A stretch of 62,006 nucleotides of DNA from an uncultured Enterobacteriaceae bacterium. GTDB taxonomy: Bacteria > Pseudomonadota > Gammaproteobacteria > Burkholderiales > SG8-39. The translations under genes were made by a program, and so were the position numbers. Positions 58,942 through 62,006 of the stretch are shown one piece after another; the first letter of the stretch is position 1, and the number at the start of each line of letters is the position of its first letter. The stretch covers positions 13,333 to 75,338 of the forward strand of contig CAZXAR010000001.1 of NCBI GenBank assembly GCA_964638135.1, in the 5' to 3' direction. Below the pieces are notes generated by a model that was not told where the DNA came from, made no database searches, and saw only the letters and a list, made by a program, of their open reading frames with translations.

Positions 58942-60064
58942 GTGGCTGCTCACGAACCTGCCGCGCTCGTCCTCGCCGACGGGACGGTGTTCCGGGGCCG
59001 CTCGGTCGGCACGCGCGGCATGGCGGCGGGCGAAGTGGTGTTCAACACCGCGATGACCGGCTACCAGGAGATCCTCACCGATCCGTCGTACTGCCGGCAG
59101 ATCGTCACGCTGACCTACCCGCACGTCGGCAACACCGGCATCAACGACGAGGACGAGGAGTCGCACGCCGTGTACGCGGCGGGTCTCGTCGTGCGCGACG
59201 TGCCGCCGCTGATTTCGAACTGGCGCTCGCAGCGGACGCTGACCGAATATCTGGTCGCAAAGAACGTGGTTGCGCTCGCCGACATCGACACGCGGAAACT
59301 GACACGGATCCTGCGTGAAAAGGGCGCGCAGAACGGCTGTCTTGCGGCGGGCGACGTCGATCCCGAACGGGCGCTGGCCCAGGCGCGCGCGTTTCCGGGG
59401 CTCGCCGGAATGGACCTCGCGAAGGTCGTCACCACCGGGAAGATCTACCAGTGGACCGAGGGCGCCTGGGAACTCGGCCGCGGATATCGCCGCGCGCAGA
59501 ACGCGCGCTTTCACGTCGTCGCCTACGACTACGGCATCAAGCGCAACATCCTGCGCCTGCTCGCCGAGCGGGGCGCTCGCCTCACGGTGGTTCCGGCGCA
59601 GACGCCCGCGCGCGACGTGCTCCGGCTGCAGCCCGACGGGGTGTTTCTGTCCAACGGCCCCGGTGATCCCGAGCCCTGCGACTACGCGATCGAGTCGATC
59701 GGCCAGATTCTCGACACCACCCCGATTCCGGTCTTCGGCATCTGCCTGGGGCACCAGCTGATGGGGCTCGCCTCGGGCGCGAAGACGGTGAAGATGAAGT
59801 TCGGGCACCACGGCGCGAACCACCCGGTCAAGGACCTCGACACGGGGCAGGTGGTGATCACGAGCCAGAACCACGGCTTTGCGGTCGATCCGGCGAGCCT
59901 GCCGTCGCACCTGCGCGCGACCCACGTTTCGCTTTTCGACGGCTCGCTGCAGGGGCTGGCGCGGACCGACCGCCCGGCGTTCTGCTTTCAGGGCCACCCG
60001 GAGGCGAGTCCCGGCCCGCACGACATCGGCTACCTGTTCGACCGCTTCGCCGCGCTGATGACCG

Positions 60065-60081
<17 letters not shown>
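58942..60081 (+). CDS. carA: Carbamoyl-phosphate synthase small (glutaminase) subunit
   Basis: CPSase small-subunit N-domain and a class I GATase (GICLGHQL, with the active-site Cys). GTG start. Confidence 0.95.

Positions 60082-62006
<1,925 letters not shown>

Overview
GC-rich betaproteobacterial-type chromosomal window (Bug/TctC-family binding protein; gene orders ndk-rlmN-pilW-rodZ-ispG-hisS-yfgM-bamB-der and asd-fimV-truA-trpFBA-accD-folC-dedD-cvpA-purF-metZ). It is almost entirely core housekeeping genes, about 55 CDS, tightly packed, many with ATGA/GTGA start-stop overlaps. I see no rRNA or tRNA genes, CRISPR arrays, IS elements, integrases, prophage genes or recognisable defence islands. 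Because of the high GC content, most long antisense ORFs in the six-frame track are spurious. CDS starts were re-chosen where the track ORF ran into a neighbouring gene. The parts that are not plain housekeeping are: (1) an HNH endonuclease, an uncharacterised protein and an HhH-GPD glycosylase that look translationally coupled (5.1-7.4 kb); (2) an accessory-looking block between der and leuC (19.2-26.4 kb) holding a membrane-fused CrtI-like flavoprotein, its divergent TetR regulator with twin operator palindromes, a 1001-aa polytopic-membrane/spermidine-synthase-like fusion and an MFS transporter; (3) an atypical LytS/LytTR two-component system preceded by a small secreted protein and by an antisense relic resembling a histidine-kinase C-terminus (45.8-48.6 kb); (4) candidate cis-regulatory RNAs, namely a SAM-II-like pseudoknot plus terminator upstream of metZ and a promoter-plus-terminator leader upstream of carAB; (5) near-consensus sigma-32 promoters for dnaK and grpE. 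None of these is clearly a previously undescribed system. The most interesting candidates are the HNH/unknown/glycosylase triad and the TetR-controlled membrane flavoprotein block. All functional calls rest on motif recognition by eye; no database search was run.
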